64,000 nucleotides of DNA from an uncultured Gemmatimonadales bacterium (GTDB lineage Bacteria; Gemmatimonadota; Gemmatimonadetes; Longimicrobiales; RSA9): positions 864,001 to 928,000 of the forward strand of contig OY970192.1 of the NCBI GenBank assembly GCA_963708135.1, read 5' to 3'. The position numbers and the translations under genes were made by a program. The stretch's first letter is position 1, and each line of letters opens with the position of its first letter. Below, piece after piece: positions 41,001-51,117 of the stretch. The notes beneath the pieces were generated by a model. The model was given only the letters and a program-made list of their open reading frames with translations, ran no database searches and was not told the DNA's origin.

Positions 41001-41469
41001 CACCTTCGACCAGATCCGGCAGAACTTCCAGCGCACGTTCCTCACGCTGTTCGAGGGCGGCGAGTGCGACATCCGGCTCGCCGACCCCGACGATCCGCTG
41101 GAGTCCGAGATCGACATCGCGGCCTCTCCCCGCGGCAAGAAGACGCACCGCATCCATCTGCTCTCCGGCGGCGAGCGGGCGCTCACCGCCCTCGCGCTGC
41201 TCTTCGCCATCTACCTCGTCAAGCCGAGCCCGTTCTGCGTGCTCGACGAGGTCGACGCCCCGCTCGACGAGGCCAACATCGGTCGCTTCCTGGCCATGCT
41301 CGCCGAGTTCAAGAGCTCGACCCAGTTCATCGTCATCACCCACAACCCGCGCACCATGGAGGCGGCCGACTGGATCTACGGCGTCACCATGGAGGAGCCC
41401 GGGATCAGCTCCATCGTGGGCGTCCGTCTCGACGAGGTCCTGACGGATGTCGGTGTCGCGGCGGGGTAG
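38089..41469 (+). CDS. smc: Chromosome segregation protein SMC
   Basis: GFKSF, GPNGCGKSN, coiled coils, LGPIN, LSGGE, VLDEVDAPLD. Confidence 0.96.
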   Translation: MKLRRLSLHGFKSFADHTHLDFHEGITAIVGPNGCGKSNISDAIRWVLGEQRASAIRGSKMEEAIFQGTTERRAVNRAEVSLLFSNLEKRLALPHDEVEIRRTVFREGGSDYALNRTACRLRDIYDLFRDTGLGTNAYAVIEQGMVDSILSERADERRHMFEEAAGIGRYKDRRKAAQRRLDAAEADLNRLEDLLTEVESKVRSLKRQKNRAEKYQELRTRRLSLEVRVASDQLEDARRRLAETTARLERLAQDEPSARAALATAETELERLRLEAGELARERGVVAQKVEEATRAIAGRERELAVADERRAGAERRLQQIAIERAELAARATDLDAALETLEAEVADERSTLAARAAAVERAHARQTDLRAELARVRRAEEEARTRETELTRRLARLEADASAADVRALEAESRLEQLGGEAEELAGEVARLDDQGDLFASRTHELTAAKARLEKEVAGQQASLERLRADEMAERRALSEAEDRVGRLNARLAALDALERDHHGFAPAVAAALDARAELEGLKGPLAEYLDLPPERAAAVEGTLGSLLQALVVDDDAAADRIRLWLTGAHAQKGALALIQEAGLPRVAALLEVIEFVGRPPEEPVLIGRRERLIRLRSEAAHGAGERDARAEARAAAAERIAEAEVELRAAAVRLQEADLELRRAESDEAARRGEWTRASRARDELSHRREQLRGTIQAARDAAIAAREEHARVLAELEAGEDRPTDHAGVASELEAAWQAASDAEAEVRIGHARTEAAVAALERRIAGARESIQQAERRTAALAAEDAGMRAELEHLSELRSGAGEDLEALFGHRDAGAAELRALDERHAAAAGRLEALESEARALRRSTEEKAEDRHRLELEKAEAGAAERSVRERLEAEWGRPYAQLVARAEPVEGDPEVLRAELHALAADIERLGPINMLAVEEFGEESARLEFLTAQRQDLVKARDDLQTAIRQINRTARQLFADTFDQIRQNFQRTFLTLFEGGECDIRLADPDDPLESEIDIAASPRGKKTHRIHLLSGGERALTALALLFAIYLVKPSPFCVLDEVDAPLDEANIGRFLAMLAEFKSSTQFIVITHNPRTMEAADWIYGVTMEEPGISSIVGVRLDEVLTDVGVAAG

Positions 41470-41476
41470 GGAACGC

Positions 41477-44119
41477 GTGCCAACGAGGCTCGCCCGCGCC
41501 GCGGCTCTTGCCGCCGCGCTCGCGCTCGCCGCGAGGGCGGGCCCTCTTTCCGCGCAGACGCCTGGATCCGGCCTGGCCGCCGGCTCCGCGCCGGCCGCCC
41601 CGCCGCCCGCCCCGGCTCACGCGCCGCGCGCGGCCCCCGGGGCGAGGCATCCGCCCGCCGCCCGGGCTGCCGCCAGGGCCCTCTGGCTCTTCCTCGACCC
41701 CTATGCCGTCAGCAATCGGCTGCCGCCCCTGGCCAGCCGCGCCGTCCTGGCGGAGCGGCGCCACCTCGGCATCCCCGTCCGCCCCGGCGATCGGCCGATC
41801 CCGGAGCGCTTCCTGGCCGCCATCCGCGCGCGCGACGCGACGCTCCGGACCGTCAGCTCCTGGCTGCGCGCCGTGAGTGTGGACGCGGATCCGGACGCCG
41901 AGCGCCGGCTGCGCGCGTTGCCCTGGGTCCTCCGGGTCGAGCCCGTGGCCGCGCTGGTTCCCGCTGGTGCCGACCCGCGGAGCGTGCTCGCGGCTCTCGC
42001 CCCGCGCCGGCCGACTGTGGGAAGGGATGGGTCGGTCGCTCCGCTGCCCGTTGCCGGCCGAGCACCCGCACACGTGCCCGCGGCCCGCAGCCCGTCCCTG
42101 TCCGAGCTGGCCGCCGCCCCCGCCTGCAACCCCGCGCCGCCCAGCCCGCGCTCGCTCCCCGATTCGGCCTACGGCCCCGGGCTGGCCGCGCTGCGCGACC
42201 TGGGCGTTCCGGCGGCCCACGTCTACGGCTTCACGGGCAAGGGCGTCTGCGTCGGCATGCTCGACACCGGCTACGACCCCGCGCACCAGGCGGTGCGCAC
42301 CCGGACGGTCGTGGCCGAGCGCGACTTCATCCAGCACGACACGGTGGTCGCCAACCAGCCGGGCGACGATGTCGAGCAGGATGACCATGGCACGGCGACC
42401 TGGGCGCTTCTCGGCGGCTACGACCCCGGCCACCTCATCGGCCCCGCCTTCGATGCCGTGTTCGCGCTGGCCAAGACGGAGGACGTGGCGCCCGACACGA
42501 TCGACGGGCACCCGGACGAGGACCGCTGGGTGCAGGGGCTGCAGTGGCTCGCGGACAGCGTCGGCGTGCGCGTGGTGAGCTCGTCACTCGCCTACCGCAT
42601 CTTCCCCGGCCAGGTCTTCTATCCGATCAGCGAGCTGGACGGCAAGACGACGCCCACGTCCATCGCCGCGGAGGCGGCGGGGCAGCGCGGCGTCGTCGTC
42701 GTGCAGGCCATGGGCAACGTGGACAAGTGCGGCGAGACCACATCCTGCGACCGCGGCGTGACCGATGACCGGCTGTGGGCGCCGGCGGATGCGGAGCACA
42801 TCCTGTCCGTTGGCGCGGCGGACGTGAACGGCACCGTCGCCTCCTTCTCACTGCGCGGGCCTACGGGCGATGGCCGGGTGAAGCCGGACCTCGCCGCACC
42901 CGGCGTGGGCGTCAACGTCCCGGTGGCGGGCACGTCCGGTGGATATACGACCGGGAGCGGCACCAGCTACGCCACGCCGCGCGTGGCGGCCGCCGCCGCG
43001 CTCTTCATCCAGGCCTGGCCCGACCTGAGCGGCTCGGCCGTCCGGCAGGCGCTCCGGCTGTCGGCGCCGCGCACGGTGCCGAACAACGACGTCGGCTACG
43101 GGATCCCGGACGTCTCCTCCGCGATCCTGTTCCCGCAGGGTCTCCAGGCGGACGGCGTCTCCTCCGCCGATCTCCAGGGGCGGCTCACCACGCTCGCGCC
43201 CACGTTCACCTGGAAGGCGCCGCTCGTGAGCCCCTATATCCACCCCGTGCACTACACGCTCGAGCTCGCCACGGACAGCACCTTCACGACTGTCCTCTAC
43301 AGCGACACCGCCTCGGATGCCTCCTCGCTGACCGTGAAGCAGCCGCTGCGGCCGGTGGCCGGGATCCGCTGGCGCGTCCGCGCCGAGGCGTTCCCCGGAA
43401 TCATGCGTACCACGGCCACGGCCGGCCCGCTCACCATGCCGGAGTGGGTCACGCTCCTCACGCTGAACGACACCCGCGGAAGCTTCACTACCAGCCCCCG
43501 CCCGGAGCTCTCCTGGCAGCCTCTCGCCGCCCCGCCGCCGGTCGGCCCGCTCAGCTACGACGTGCAGGTGCTGGATGCCGCCACCAAGCAGCCGGTCCAG
43601 CGCATGCAGAACGTCTCCGGGTCCAGGGTCACGCCGCCGCAGCCGCTCCAGTACAACGTGCCGTTCCTCTGGCGCGTGATCGCCCGGACACCGTCCGGCG
43701 TGGCCGACACGGTGACGAGCGTCGCGCCGTTCGTCGTCACCAGCAACAGCAAGCCGCCGGCGACCCTGCTCTACCAGAACTTCCCGAACCCGTTCCCGCG
43801 CGCCGACCTGGGGACGAGCACGACGAAGATCTGGTTCGACCTCGCCGAGCCCAGCGACGTCCGCCTCGCCGTCTACGATCTGCACGGCCGCCTCGTCAAG
43901 CAGCTCATCCCCAGCCAGCCGGGCTGCGGCACGGTCCATCTCGATGCCGGCCTCTTCGGACGCACCGGCGGCTCGATCAGCGACCCGTGCGCCAGCACCG
44001 AGTGGGACGGCACCGACGCCGACGGGCGCACCGTGCCGCGCGGCGTCTACCTGCTCCGCCTCCAGACCGACCAGGGCAGCTTCGTCCGCCGGATCCTGTT
44101 CCTCCCGCCCGATCAGTAG
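41477..44119 (+). CDS. Secreted S8 serine peptidase with FN3-like and C-terminal FlgD-Ig/T9SS-CTD-like domains
   Basis: Triad motifs MLDTG, HGT, GTSYATP; C-terminal LYQNFPNPF...VYDLHGRLV...WDG...GVYLLRL. Confidence 0.88.
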   Translation: MPTRLARAAALAAALALAARAGPLSAQTPGSGLAAGSAPAAPPPAPAHAPRAAPGARHPPAARAAARALWLFLDPYAVSNRLPPLASRAVLAERRHLGIPVRPGDRPIPERFLAAIRARDATLRTVSSWLRAVSVDADPDAERRLRALPWVLRVEPVAALVPAGADPRSVLAALAPRRPTVGRDGSVAPLPVAGRAPAHVPAARSPSLSELAAAPACNPAPPSPRSLPDSAYGPGLAALRDLGVPAAHVYGFTGKGVCVGMLDTGYDPAHQAVRTRTVVAERDFIQHDTVVANQPGDDVEQDDHGTATWALLGGYDPGHLIGPAFDAVFALAKTEDVAPDTIDGHPDEDRWVQGLQWLADSVGVRVVSSSLAYRIFPGQVFYPISELDGKTTPTSIAAEAAGQRGVVVVQAMGNVDKCGETTSCDRGVTDDRLWAPADAEHILSVGAADVNGTVASFSLRGPTGDGRVKPDLAAPGVGVNVPVAGTSGGYTTGSGTSYATPRVAAAAALFIQAWPDLSGSAVRQALRLSAPRTVPNNDVGYGIPDVSSAILFPQGLQADGVSSADLQGRLTTLAPTFTWKAPLVSPYIHPVHYTLELATDSTFTTVLYSDTASDASSLTVKQPLRPVAGIRWRVRAEAFPGIMRTTATAGPLTMPEWVTLLTLNDTRGSFTTSPRPELSWQPLAAPPPVGPLSYDVQVLDAATKQPVQRMQNVSGSRVTPPQPLQYNVPFLWRVIARTPSGVADTVTSVAPFVVTSNSKPPATLLYQNFPNPFPRADLGTSTTKIWFDLAEPSDVRLAVYDLHGRLVKQLIPSQPGCGTVHLDAGLFGRTGGSISDPCASTEWDGTDADGRTVPRGVYLLRLQTDQGSFVRRILFLPPDQ

Positions 44120-44125
44120 GCGACG

Positions 44126-44899
44126 ATGCTTCTCACCGTGGTGGGCAGCGGCACCGCGGCCCCGGACGCCGAGCGCACCGGCGCGTGCTTCCTCGTCGAG
44201 ACGGGCGAGCTCCGCCTGCTGCTGGACTGTGGTCCCGGCGCCAGCCACCACATGGCCCGCTACGAGGTGCCCTGGCCGCGCATCACCCACATCGCGATCA
44301 GCCACTTCCACGCAGATCACCTCGCCGGGCTCCCCGCGCTGCTCTTCGCCCTGAAGTATGCCCTCGCGCCCGCGCGGACGGAGCCGCTCACCATCCTGGG
44401 GCCGCCCGGCACCCAGGCCCGCATGCGCGCGCTTTCGGAGGCCTTCGGCAGCTTCGTGCTGGATCCCGGTTTCCGGACGCAGGTGCGCGAGCTCGGCCCC
44501 GGCTCCGAGGTCGATCTCCCGGGACAGGCCCGGCTGCGCGTGGCGAAGACGGCGCACACGGACGCGTCGCTGGCCTACCGCCTGGATGCCCCCGGTTCCG
44601 CCCTCGGCTACACCGGCGACACGGGCCCCGACGACGCGCTCGGCCCGTTCTTCCAGGGCGTGGACGCGCTCCTGGCCGAGTGCTCGCTCCCCGACGGGGA
44701 CGCCGTTGACGCGCATCTCACCCCCGGCCGCGTGGCCCGCCTCGCGGCCGCCGCCAACCCGGGCCGCCTGCTCCTCACGCATGTTTACCCGCGGCTCGAT
44801 CGCGCCGCGATCCCCGGCCTGGTCCGGAGCGCCGGCTGGGAGGGGGAGGTGGTGGTGGTGAAGGACGGCGACCGGCTGGAGGTCGGGGCCGGGCACTGA
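44126..44899 (+). CDS. MBL-fold hydrolase, RNase Z/BN-like
   Basis: LLDCGPG, SHFHADH, YTGDT, LTHVYP. Confidence 0.85.
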   Translation: MLLTVVGSGTAAPDAERTGACFLVETGELRLLLDCGPGASHHMARYEVPWPRITHIAISHFHADHLAGLPALLFALKYALAPARTEPLTILGPPGTQARMRALSEAFGSFVLDPGFRTQVRELGPGSEVDLPGQARLRVAKTAHTDASLAYRLDAPGSALGYTGDTGPDDALGPFFQGVDALLAECSLPDGDAVDAHLTPGRVARLAAAANPGRLLLTHVYPRLDRAAIPGLVRSAGWEGEVVVVKDGDRLEVGAGH

Positions 44900-44928
44900 A
44901 TCGGGCCCCCCGGCGCCTGCCGCCGGCC

Positions 44929-45864
44929 CTACGCCTGCGCGGCGAAATGCTCCACGGTCTTCCTGAAGCCCTCCTCGACATCCACCTCCGGTCGGTAGCC
45001 GAGCACGGCCTCGGCGCGCTCGAGCGAGGCGAGCGAGTCCCGCACGTCGCCGGGACGCGCCTCCACGTGCACGGACTCCACGCTCGCGCCGCCCAGGGTC
45101 CGGATCCGCTCCCACAGCTCGTTCACGCTGGTGCGCTGGCCGGCGCCGATGTTGAACACCTGTCCGCTGGCCTCCGGCGGCGCCTCGCACGCGAGCAGGT
45201 TGGCGCGCACGACGTTGGAGACGTAGGTGAAATCACGCGTCTGCTCTCCGTCGCCGTAGATCACGGGCGGCTGGCCGGTGAGCGCGGCCGTGGCGAAGCG
45301 CGGGACGACGGCCGCGTACTGCGAGTCGGGGTCCTGGCGCGGGCCGAAGACGTTGAAGTAGCGGAGCGCGACCGTCTCGAGCCCGTAGCTGGCCGCGAAC
45401 GCGCGGCAGTACTCCTCGCCGGCGAGCTTGGCCGCGGCGTATGGGGAGAGCGGCCGCGGCACCATCCCCTCGTGCTTCGGCAGCTCGGCCGTGTTGCCGT
45501 ACGCGGAGGAGGACGCGGCATAGACCACCCGGCGCACGCCGGCGCCCTGCGCCGCGACGAGGACGTTCAGCGTCCCCGTCGCATTCACACGGTGCGTGCC
45601 CACGGGATCCTCGACCGAGCGGGGCACCGACCCGAGCGCGGCTTCGTGCAGGACGTAATCGACGCCGTGCGCCGCGCGCGCGCACGCGGCCGGATCCTCG
45701 ATGCTCGCCTCCACGACTTCGATCGAGTCGAGGAACGGGGCGAGATTCTCGCGCTTGCCGGTCGAGAAATCGTCCAGCACGACGACCTCCCGGCCCGCGC
45801 CCACGAGGTGCTCCACGAGATGCGAGCCGATGAAGCCGGCGCCGCCGGTGACGAGAAAGCGCAT
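44929..45864 (-). CDS. NAD-dependent UDP-hexose(NAc) 4-epimerase (WbpP-like SDR)
   Basis: [34 protein letters not shown]. Confidence 0.92.
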   Translation of the reverse strand: MRFLVTGGAGFIGSHLVEHLVGAGREVVVLDDFSTGKRENLAPFLDSIEVVEASIEDPAACARAAHGVDYVLHEAALGSVPRSVEDPVGTHRVNATGTLNVLVAAQGAGVRRVVYAASSSAYGNTAELPKHEGMVPRPLSPYAAAKLAGEEYCRAFAASYGLETVALRYFNVFGPRQDPDSQYAAVVPRFATAALTGQPPVIYGDGEQTRDFTYVSNVVRANLLACEAPPEASGQVFNIGAGQRTSVNELWERIRTLGGASVESVHVEARPGDVRDSLASLERAEAVLGYRPEVDVEEGFRKTVEHFAAQA

Positions 45865-45943
45865 GAGTCTCCTGTCTCGGGTACGCCTGGCCGGGCGGCA
45901 AGTTAGGGGGCGGGCCGGGCCCCGGCCAGCGCACAAGTCCGGC

Positions 45944-46390
45944 TCACCGGGCGCGCAGGCTCCGGTGCTCGACCATCGTGCAGCGGTCCTGCACCACGTC
46001 GATGCCCCGGTCGGCGAGGGCCTCGGCGGCCGCGTCGTTCCGGATGCCGAGCTGGAACCAGACGGCCCCGGGTGCCTTCGCGGCAATGTCCTCGACGTGC
46101 GGCGGGATGTCGTGGGAGCGGCGGAAGACGACGACCAGGTCCACCGGCCCCGGGATCTCCGCCACGCTGCGGTAGACCCGCTCACCCAGGATCTCCCGCG
46201 CGTCCGGAAAGTAGACCGGCACCGGCACGATCTCGTAGCCGTGGTCCTGGAGGTACTTCGGGACGTAGAAGGCCGGCCGCCCCTGCTGCGCCTCCGTCTT
46301 GATCCCGAGCACCGCGATGCGGTGCGCGTCCCGCAGGATTTCGCGGGCCGTCGCCTGGTCCTCCACGATCCTTCCGCCGTCCTCCGCCAT
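45944..46390 (-). CDS. CoA-binding protein (YccU-like)
   Basis: [27 protein letters not shown]. Confidence 0.9.
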   Translation of the reverse strand: MAEDGGRIVEDQATAREILRDAHRIAVLGIKTEAQQGRPAFYVPKYLQDHGYEIVPVPVYFPDAREILGERVYRSVAEIPGPVDLVVVFRRSHDIPPHVEDIAAKAPGAVWFQLGIRNDAAAEALADRGIDVVQDRCTMVEHRSLRAR

Positions 46391-46463
46391 CGCTCGCCTC
46401 CCATCCGGTTCGCCGCGACCCGCCCCCGGCCGTGCAACTCCCGTTCTCGCCCGCCGCCCGATC

Positions 46464-46492
46464 TGGACGCCCCCCTGGCGGGGGCTTACATT
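46464..46492 (+). promoter_or_regulatory. Sigma70 promoter of aroF
   Basis: TGGACG-17 bp-TACATT. Confidence 0.55.
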
Positions 46493-46540
46493 CCGGAACA
46501 CTGCTGGGCCAGGCGCTTCCCGCGGATCTGGACGACTCAG

Positions 46541-47608
46541 ATGCTGGTGGTCATGAGCCACGGCGCCACGGACGAAGATGTCCGGCGCGTCGTCAACACG
46601 ATAGAGGGAATGGGCTACCGCGCCATGCCAATGCCCGGCGCGCAGCGCACCGCCGTGGGACTGGTCGGCAACGACGGCAAGGTCGATGGCGGCGTGCTGG
46701 AGGCGCTGCCCGGCGTGCTCGAGGTCATCCACGTCAGCCAGCCCTACAAGCAGGTCTCGCGCGAGTGGCGCCCGGAAACCACCCTCATCACGCTCGAGAA
46801 CGGCACGCGCATCGGCGGGTCCGAGATCGTGATGATGGCCGGCCCGTGCTCCGTCGAGTCGGAAGCCCAGATCGTCGGCATCGCCCGCCGCCTCCGCGAT
46901 GCGGGCGTGACCGTGCTGCGCGGCGGCGCCTTCAAGCCGCGCACCTCGCCCTACGCCTTCCAGGGGCTCGGTCTCGAGGGGCTTGAGCTGCTCGCCCGCG
47001 CGCGCGCCGAGACCGGTATGGCGATCGTGACCGAGGCGCTCGAGCCGGACACGGTCAACCTCGTGGCGGAGTACGCCGACATCGTCCAGATCGGTGCCCG
47101 CAACATGCAGAACTATCCGCTGCTGCGGCGCGCCGGCCGCGCGGGCAAGCCCGTGCTGCTCAAGCGCGGGTTCGCGGCCACCATCAAGGAGCTGCTCCTC
47201 TCCGCGGAGTACATCCTGGCCGAGGGCAACGGGGACGTCATCCTGTGCGAGCGCGGCATCCGCGGCTTCGATGACCACACCCGCAACGTGCTCGACCTCA
47301 CCGCGATCCCGTCCGTGCACCACCTCTCGCACCTGCCGATCATCGCCGACCCGTCCCACGGCACCGGGCTCCGCGCCAAGGTCACGCCGATGGCGCGGGC
47401 CGCCGTGGCCGCCGGCGCGGACGGCCTCATCATCGAGGTCCACCCGGACCCCGACCACGCGCTCTCGGACGGCGGGCAGTCGCTCTACCCCGAGCAGTTC
47501 GAGGAGCTGCTGCTCCAGGTCGATGGTATCGCCGCCGCGATCGGCCGCTCCCTCGTGCCCGGCCTCGGCGCGCGCCAGCCCCGCGTGCGGGCCATCTCCG
47601 GGGACTGA
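46541..47608 (+). CDS. aroF: DAHP synthase type I-beta with N-terminal regulatory domain
   Basis: [34 protein letters not shown]. Confidence 0.95.
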   Translation: MLVVMSHGATDEDVRRVVNTIEGMGYRAMPMPGAQRTAVGLVGNDGKVDGGVLEALPGVLEVIHVSQPYKQVSREWRPETTLITLENGTRIGGSEIVMMAGPCSVESEAQIVGIARRLRDAGVTVLRGGAFKPRTSPYAFQGLGLEGLELLARARAETGMAIVTEALEPDTVNLVAEYADIVQIGARNMQNYPLLRRAGRAGKPVLLKRGFAATIKELLLSAEYILAEGNGDVILCERGIRGFDDHTRNVLDLTAIPSVHHLSHLPIIADPSHGTGLRAKVTPMARAAVAAGADGLIIEVHPDPDHALSDGGQSLYPEQFEELLLQVDGIAAAIGRSLVPGLGARQPRVRAISGD

Positions 47609-47707
47609 CGGAGTCCCGCCGCGCCCGACAGCGAAGGCTCGCGACGCTTCCGTTCCTTCCACTGACCTTCTCCTGCCACAGATAGACGCTCCCACGGCGG
47701 AGCGCGC

Positions 47708-47722
47708 CGGCATGATCGTTGC
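47708..47722 (+). promoter_or_regulatory. Possible sigma54 (-24/-12) element upstream of the glycan cluster
   Basis: CGGCATGATCGTTGC fits GG-N10-GC; it also matches on the opposite strand. Confidence 0.3.
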
Positions 47723-47979
47723 CAATGCCGTTCCCGCCGTGCCGCGAGGGTAGAGCCGCACCAGCCGACACGACTTGGCCTCCGGCCTCGCACCCGCTGA
47801 TGCCGGCACGGCAGATCCATACGACAGCGCTCGCTCCACCCGGGTTTGGTCAGGCGCACCTGTAACTGACGGGGCCGGAGTGCGCGCGCGTCCCTCCCGC
47901 CGTTCCGCGGGACCCCCTCAAGGAAACCGCTCCGTGCCGCCCCAGGCGCGGGCATCCCACGCTCGGGCTCGTGGAGACC

Positions 47980-49938
47980 ATGAAGATGCGCAACCTTGCC
48001 GGAGCGCTCCAGCTCCGGATCCATCGAACGAACCGGCGGGTGATCGCCCTCACGACCTACGCGGCCATCCCCGCGGCCGCCTACGCCGCGGCGTTCCTGC
48101 TGCGGTTCGAGTTCCGCTGGCCGCGGGCCTACGTCGCCGTCTTCTTCGCCACGCTGCCCGTTCTGCTCGCGATCCGGCTCGGGTGCACGCGTCTCTTCCG
48201 TCTGAGCATGGGGCGGTGGCGCTTCATAGGCACCTCGGACGTGCTGCGGCTCGGTGGCTCGGTCGCGGCGGGCAGCGTCGCGTTCTTCGCCACCGTGGCG
48301 CTGCTGCCGCTGGCTCCGCCGGTGCCGCGCTCGGTGATCCTGATCGAAACGCTGCTGACGTCGTACCTGATCGCGGCGGCCTGGATCGCGTACCGCACGG
48401 GATTCGAGCGGCTGCGGCACCTGCGGGCGAGCTCGGGCGGAGAACCGCGTCGTGTGCTCCTGATCGGCGCCGGCGAGGCGGGCTGCATGCTCGCGCGGGA
48501 GATGCAGCGCTTCCCGACGGGCTATCGGCCGATCGGCTTCGTGGACGACGATCCCGTGAAGCAGGGCGCCACGCTGTACGGCGTGCCGGTGCTCGGCTCG
48601 ACAGCGGAGCTGAGTAGAACCGCGGACGTGTACCGGGCGCAGGAGCTGATCATCGCGATGCCGTCCGCACAGCCCGCGGAGCTGCGCCGGGTCGTGGACC
48701 TGTGCGAGCCGGTCCCGCTGCCGTTCCGGGTGCTGCCCGGGATCGCGGAGGTGCTGGCGGGTGATGTACGTCTGGGGCAGGTGCGGGAGGTCCGGCTCGA
48801 GGACCTGCTGGGCCGGGAGCCGATCGAGCTGGAGCTGCCGGAGCTCACCGACGACCTGCGGGGCCGGACCGTCCTGATCACGGGGGCCGCGGGCTCGATT
48901 GGCTCGGAGCTCGCCCGCCAGGTCGCGCTCCATGGTCCGGCCGCGCTCGTCCTGCTCGACCAGGCGGAGACGGACCTCTTCTACCTCGAGCTGGAGCTGC
49001 GTGAGCGGCACCCGGAGGTACGGCTCTTGCCGGTCGTCGGCGACATCCTCCACGTCTCCACGGTCCAGCGCGTCTTCCGCCACCACCAGCCGGACCGCGT
49101 CTTCCACGCGGCCGCCTACAAGCACGTCCCGCTCATGGAGAGCAACGCCGTGGAGGCGGTCCACAACAACGTCCTGGGTACCTGGATCCTGGCGGAGGCG
49201 GCGGGCCACGCCGGCTGCGGGAAGTTCATCCTGATCAGCACCGACAAGGCCGTGAACCCATCCAGCGTGATGGGAGCCACCAAGCGGCTTGCCGAGCTGG
49301 TCATCCTGGACCGTCAGAAGTGCTATCCGGAGACCGCCTTCGCCGCGGTCCGCTTCGGCAACGTGCTGGGCAGCAACGGGAGCGTCATTCCGGTGTTCCG
49401 CCGCCAGCTCGCGGCCGGCAAGCCGCTCACGCTGACGCACCCTGACGCGACGCGCTTCTTCATGACGATCCCGGAAGCCGTCCAGCTCATCCTGCAGGCG
49501 GCGGTGCTGCCGGAGGTGCGTGGCCGGATCGCCATGCTCGACATGGGCGAGCCGATCCGGATCCTGGACCTGGCCAGGAACCTGATCCGCTTCGCCGGCT
49601 ACCCTCGCGCCGCCCAGCCGCCGATCGTGGTGACCGGCCTGCGTCCTGGCGAGAAGCTGCACGAGGAGCTCGTGGCGCCCGACGAGGAGAGCGCGCCGAC
49701 TGCGATCCCCAAGCTGCGCATCGTGCGCACCCCGCCCAGCGAGGACTTGCAGGTCGAGCACGTGCTCGGCCTCTGGGAGGGCGTCCCCGCGGAGGGCCAC
49801 GAGGCACTCGTGCTCGAGCGCATGCGCGAGCTGTTTCCGGGCGTCGACTTCGGCAGCCCCGTCACGCGCGGCACCTCGCCGCCCCCGGTGCGCGGCCGCT
49901 CGCAGCCCGCAGCCGTCGGCCGGCTCCGCGCCCTCTGA
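47980..49938 (+). CDS. Membrane-bound UDP-GlcNAc 4,6-dehydratase (CapD/PglF/WbpM family)
   Basis: 4 TMs, GAGEAG, TGAAGSIGSE, HAAAYKHVP, STDKAV, RFGNVLGS, RPGEKLHEEL. Confidence 0.95.
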   Translation: MKMRNLAGALQLRIHRTNRRVIALTTYAAIPAAAYAAAFLLRFEFRWPRAYVAVFFATLPVLLAIRLGCTRLFRLSMGRWRFIGTSDVLRLGGSVAAGSVAFFATVALLPLAPPVPRSVILIETLLTSYLIAAAWIAYRTGFERLRHLRASSGGEPRRVLLIGAGEAGCMLAREMQRFPTGYRPIGFVDDDPVKQGATLYGVPVLGSTAELSRTADVYRAQELIIAMPSAQPAELRRVVDLCEPVPLPFRVLPGIAEVLAGDVRLGQVREVRLEDLLGREPIELELPELTDDLRGRTVLITGAAGSIGSELARQVALHGPAALVLLDQAETDLFYLELELRERHPEVRLLPVVGDILHVSTVQRVFRHHQPDRVFHAAAYKHVPLMESNAVEAVHNNVLGTWILAEAAGHAGCGKFILISTDKAVNPSSVMGATKRLAELVILDRQKCYPETAFAAVRFGNVLGSNGSVIPVFRRQLAAGKPLTLTHPDATRFFMTIPEAVQLILQAAVLPEVRGRIAMLDMGEPIRILDLARNLIRFAGYPRAAQPPIVVTGLRPGEKLHEELVAPDEESAPTAIPKLRIVRTPPSEDLQVEHVLGLWEGVPAEGHEALVLERMRELFPGVDFGSPVTRGTSPPPVRGRSQPAAVGRLRAL

Positions 49939-49992
49939 GCGCCCGCCGCACCGCGCGCGCTCCGGACTCCAACCCGATCCAGCCCCGAGGCC

Positions 49993-51117
49993 ATGGCCGT
50001 TCCTCTGCTCGACCTTTCACGACAGTACAGAGACATCCGCACCCAGGTGGACGAGCGCATGGGCGCCGTCATCGAGCGCCAGACGTTCATCCTCGGCGAT
50101 GCCGTCCGCGACTTCGAGCAGGCGCTGGCCGACTACCTGCACGTCCGGAACGCGATCGGCGTGGCCTCCGGCACGGACGCGCTGCTCCTCGCCCTGAGGG
50201 CGCTGGATCTCCGCCCCGGCGACGAGGTCCTCGTGCCCGCCTTTACCTTCTTCGCGACCGCCGGCGCCGTGCACAATGCGGGCGGCACGCCCGTCTTCGT
50301 GGATGTCGAGCCCGACACCTTCAACACCTCCGTCGAAGCCGCCGCCGCCGCGGTCACGAAGCGGACGCGGGCCATCGTCGCCGTGCATCTGTTCGGCCAG
50401 ATGGCCGACATGGTGGCGCTGCGCGCCCTGGCCGACCATGCCGGTGTCTTCCTGCTGGAGGATGCCGCGCAGGCGATCGGCGCCGCGCAGCGGATCGACG
50501 GCAGCTGGCGGAACCCGGGCGAGCTGGGGGACGCGGCCGCGTTCTCCTTCTTCCCCTCGAAGAACCTCGGCGGCTTCGGCGATGGCGGGATGCTCGCGAT
50601 CGGCGACGACGCGCTGGCGGAGCGGCTGCGCCGGCTGCGCGTGCACGGCGGGCTGAAGATGTACCACCACGAGGAGGTCGGCACGAACTCGCGGCTGGAC
50701 GCGCTCCAGGCGGCTGTGCTGCACGCCAAGCTGCCTCACCTGGACGACTGGTGCGCGCGCCGCGTGGCCAACGCGCGCTGGTACGACCGCCGCCTGCTCC
50801 CGCTCCAGGAGCGGGGGCTCCTCTCGCTGCCGGCCGTGCGCGCGGACATGCGCCCGGTCTACAACCAGTACACGCTGCGGGCGCGGCGCCGGGACGGGCT
50901 GCGCGAGGCGCTCCGGAGCCGCGGCATCGGCTGCGCGGTCTACTACCCCGTGCCGCTCCACCTCCAGCCCTGCTTCGCCCCGCTCGGTTATGCCGCCGGC
51001 TCGCTCCCCGTCAGCGAGGCACTGGCGGGCGAGGTGATCTCGATCCCCGTCTTCCCCGAGCTGACCGACGCGGAGCGCGACGAGGTCGCCTCCGCCATCG
51101 AGGAGTACTACCCATGA
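49993..51117 (+). CDS. DegT/DnrJ aminotransferase (WbpE-like)
   Basis: SGTDAL, EDAAQAIG, SFFPSKNLGGFGDGG, NSRLD. Confidence 0.92.
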   Translation: MAVPLLDLSRQYRDIRTQVDERMGAVIERQTFILGDAVRDFEQALADYLHVRNAIGVASGTDALLLALRALDLRPGDEVLVPAFTFFATAGAVHNAGGTPVFVDVEPDTFNTSVEAAAAAVTKRTRAIVAVHLFGQMADMVALRALADHAGVFLLEDAAQAIGAAQRIDGSWRNPGELGDAAAFSFFPSKNLGGFGDGGMLAIGDDALAERLRRLRVHGGLKMYHHEEVGTNSRLDALQAAVLHAKLPHLDDWCARRVANARWYDRRLLPLQERGLLSLPAVRADMRPVYNQYTLRARRRDGLREALRSRGIGCAVYYPVPLHLQPCFAPLGYAAGSLPVSEALAGEVISIPVFPELTDAERDEVASAIEEYYP

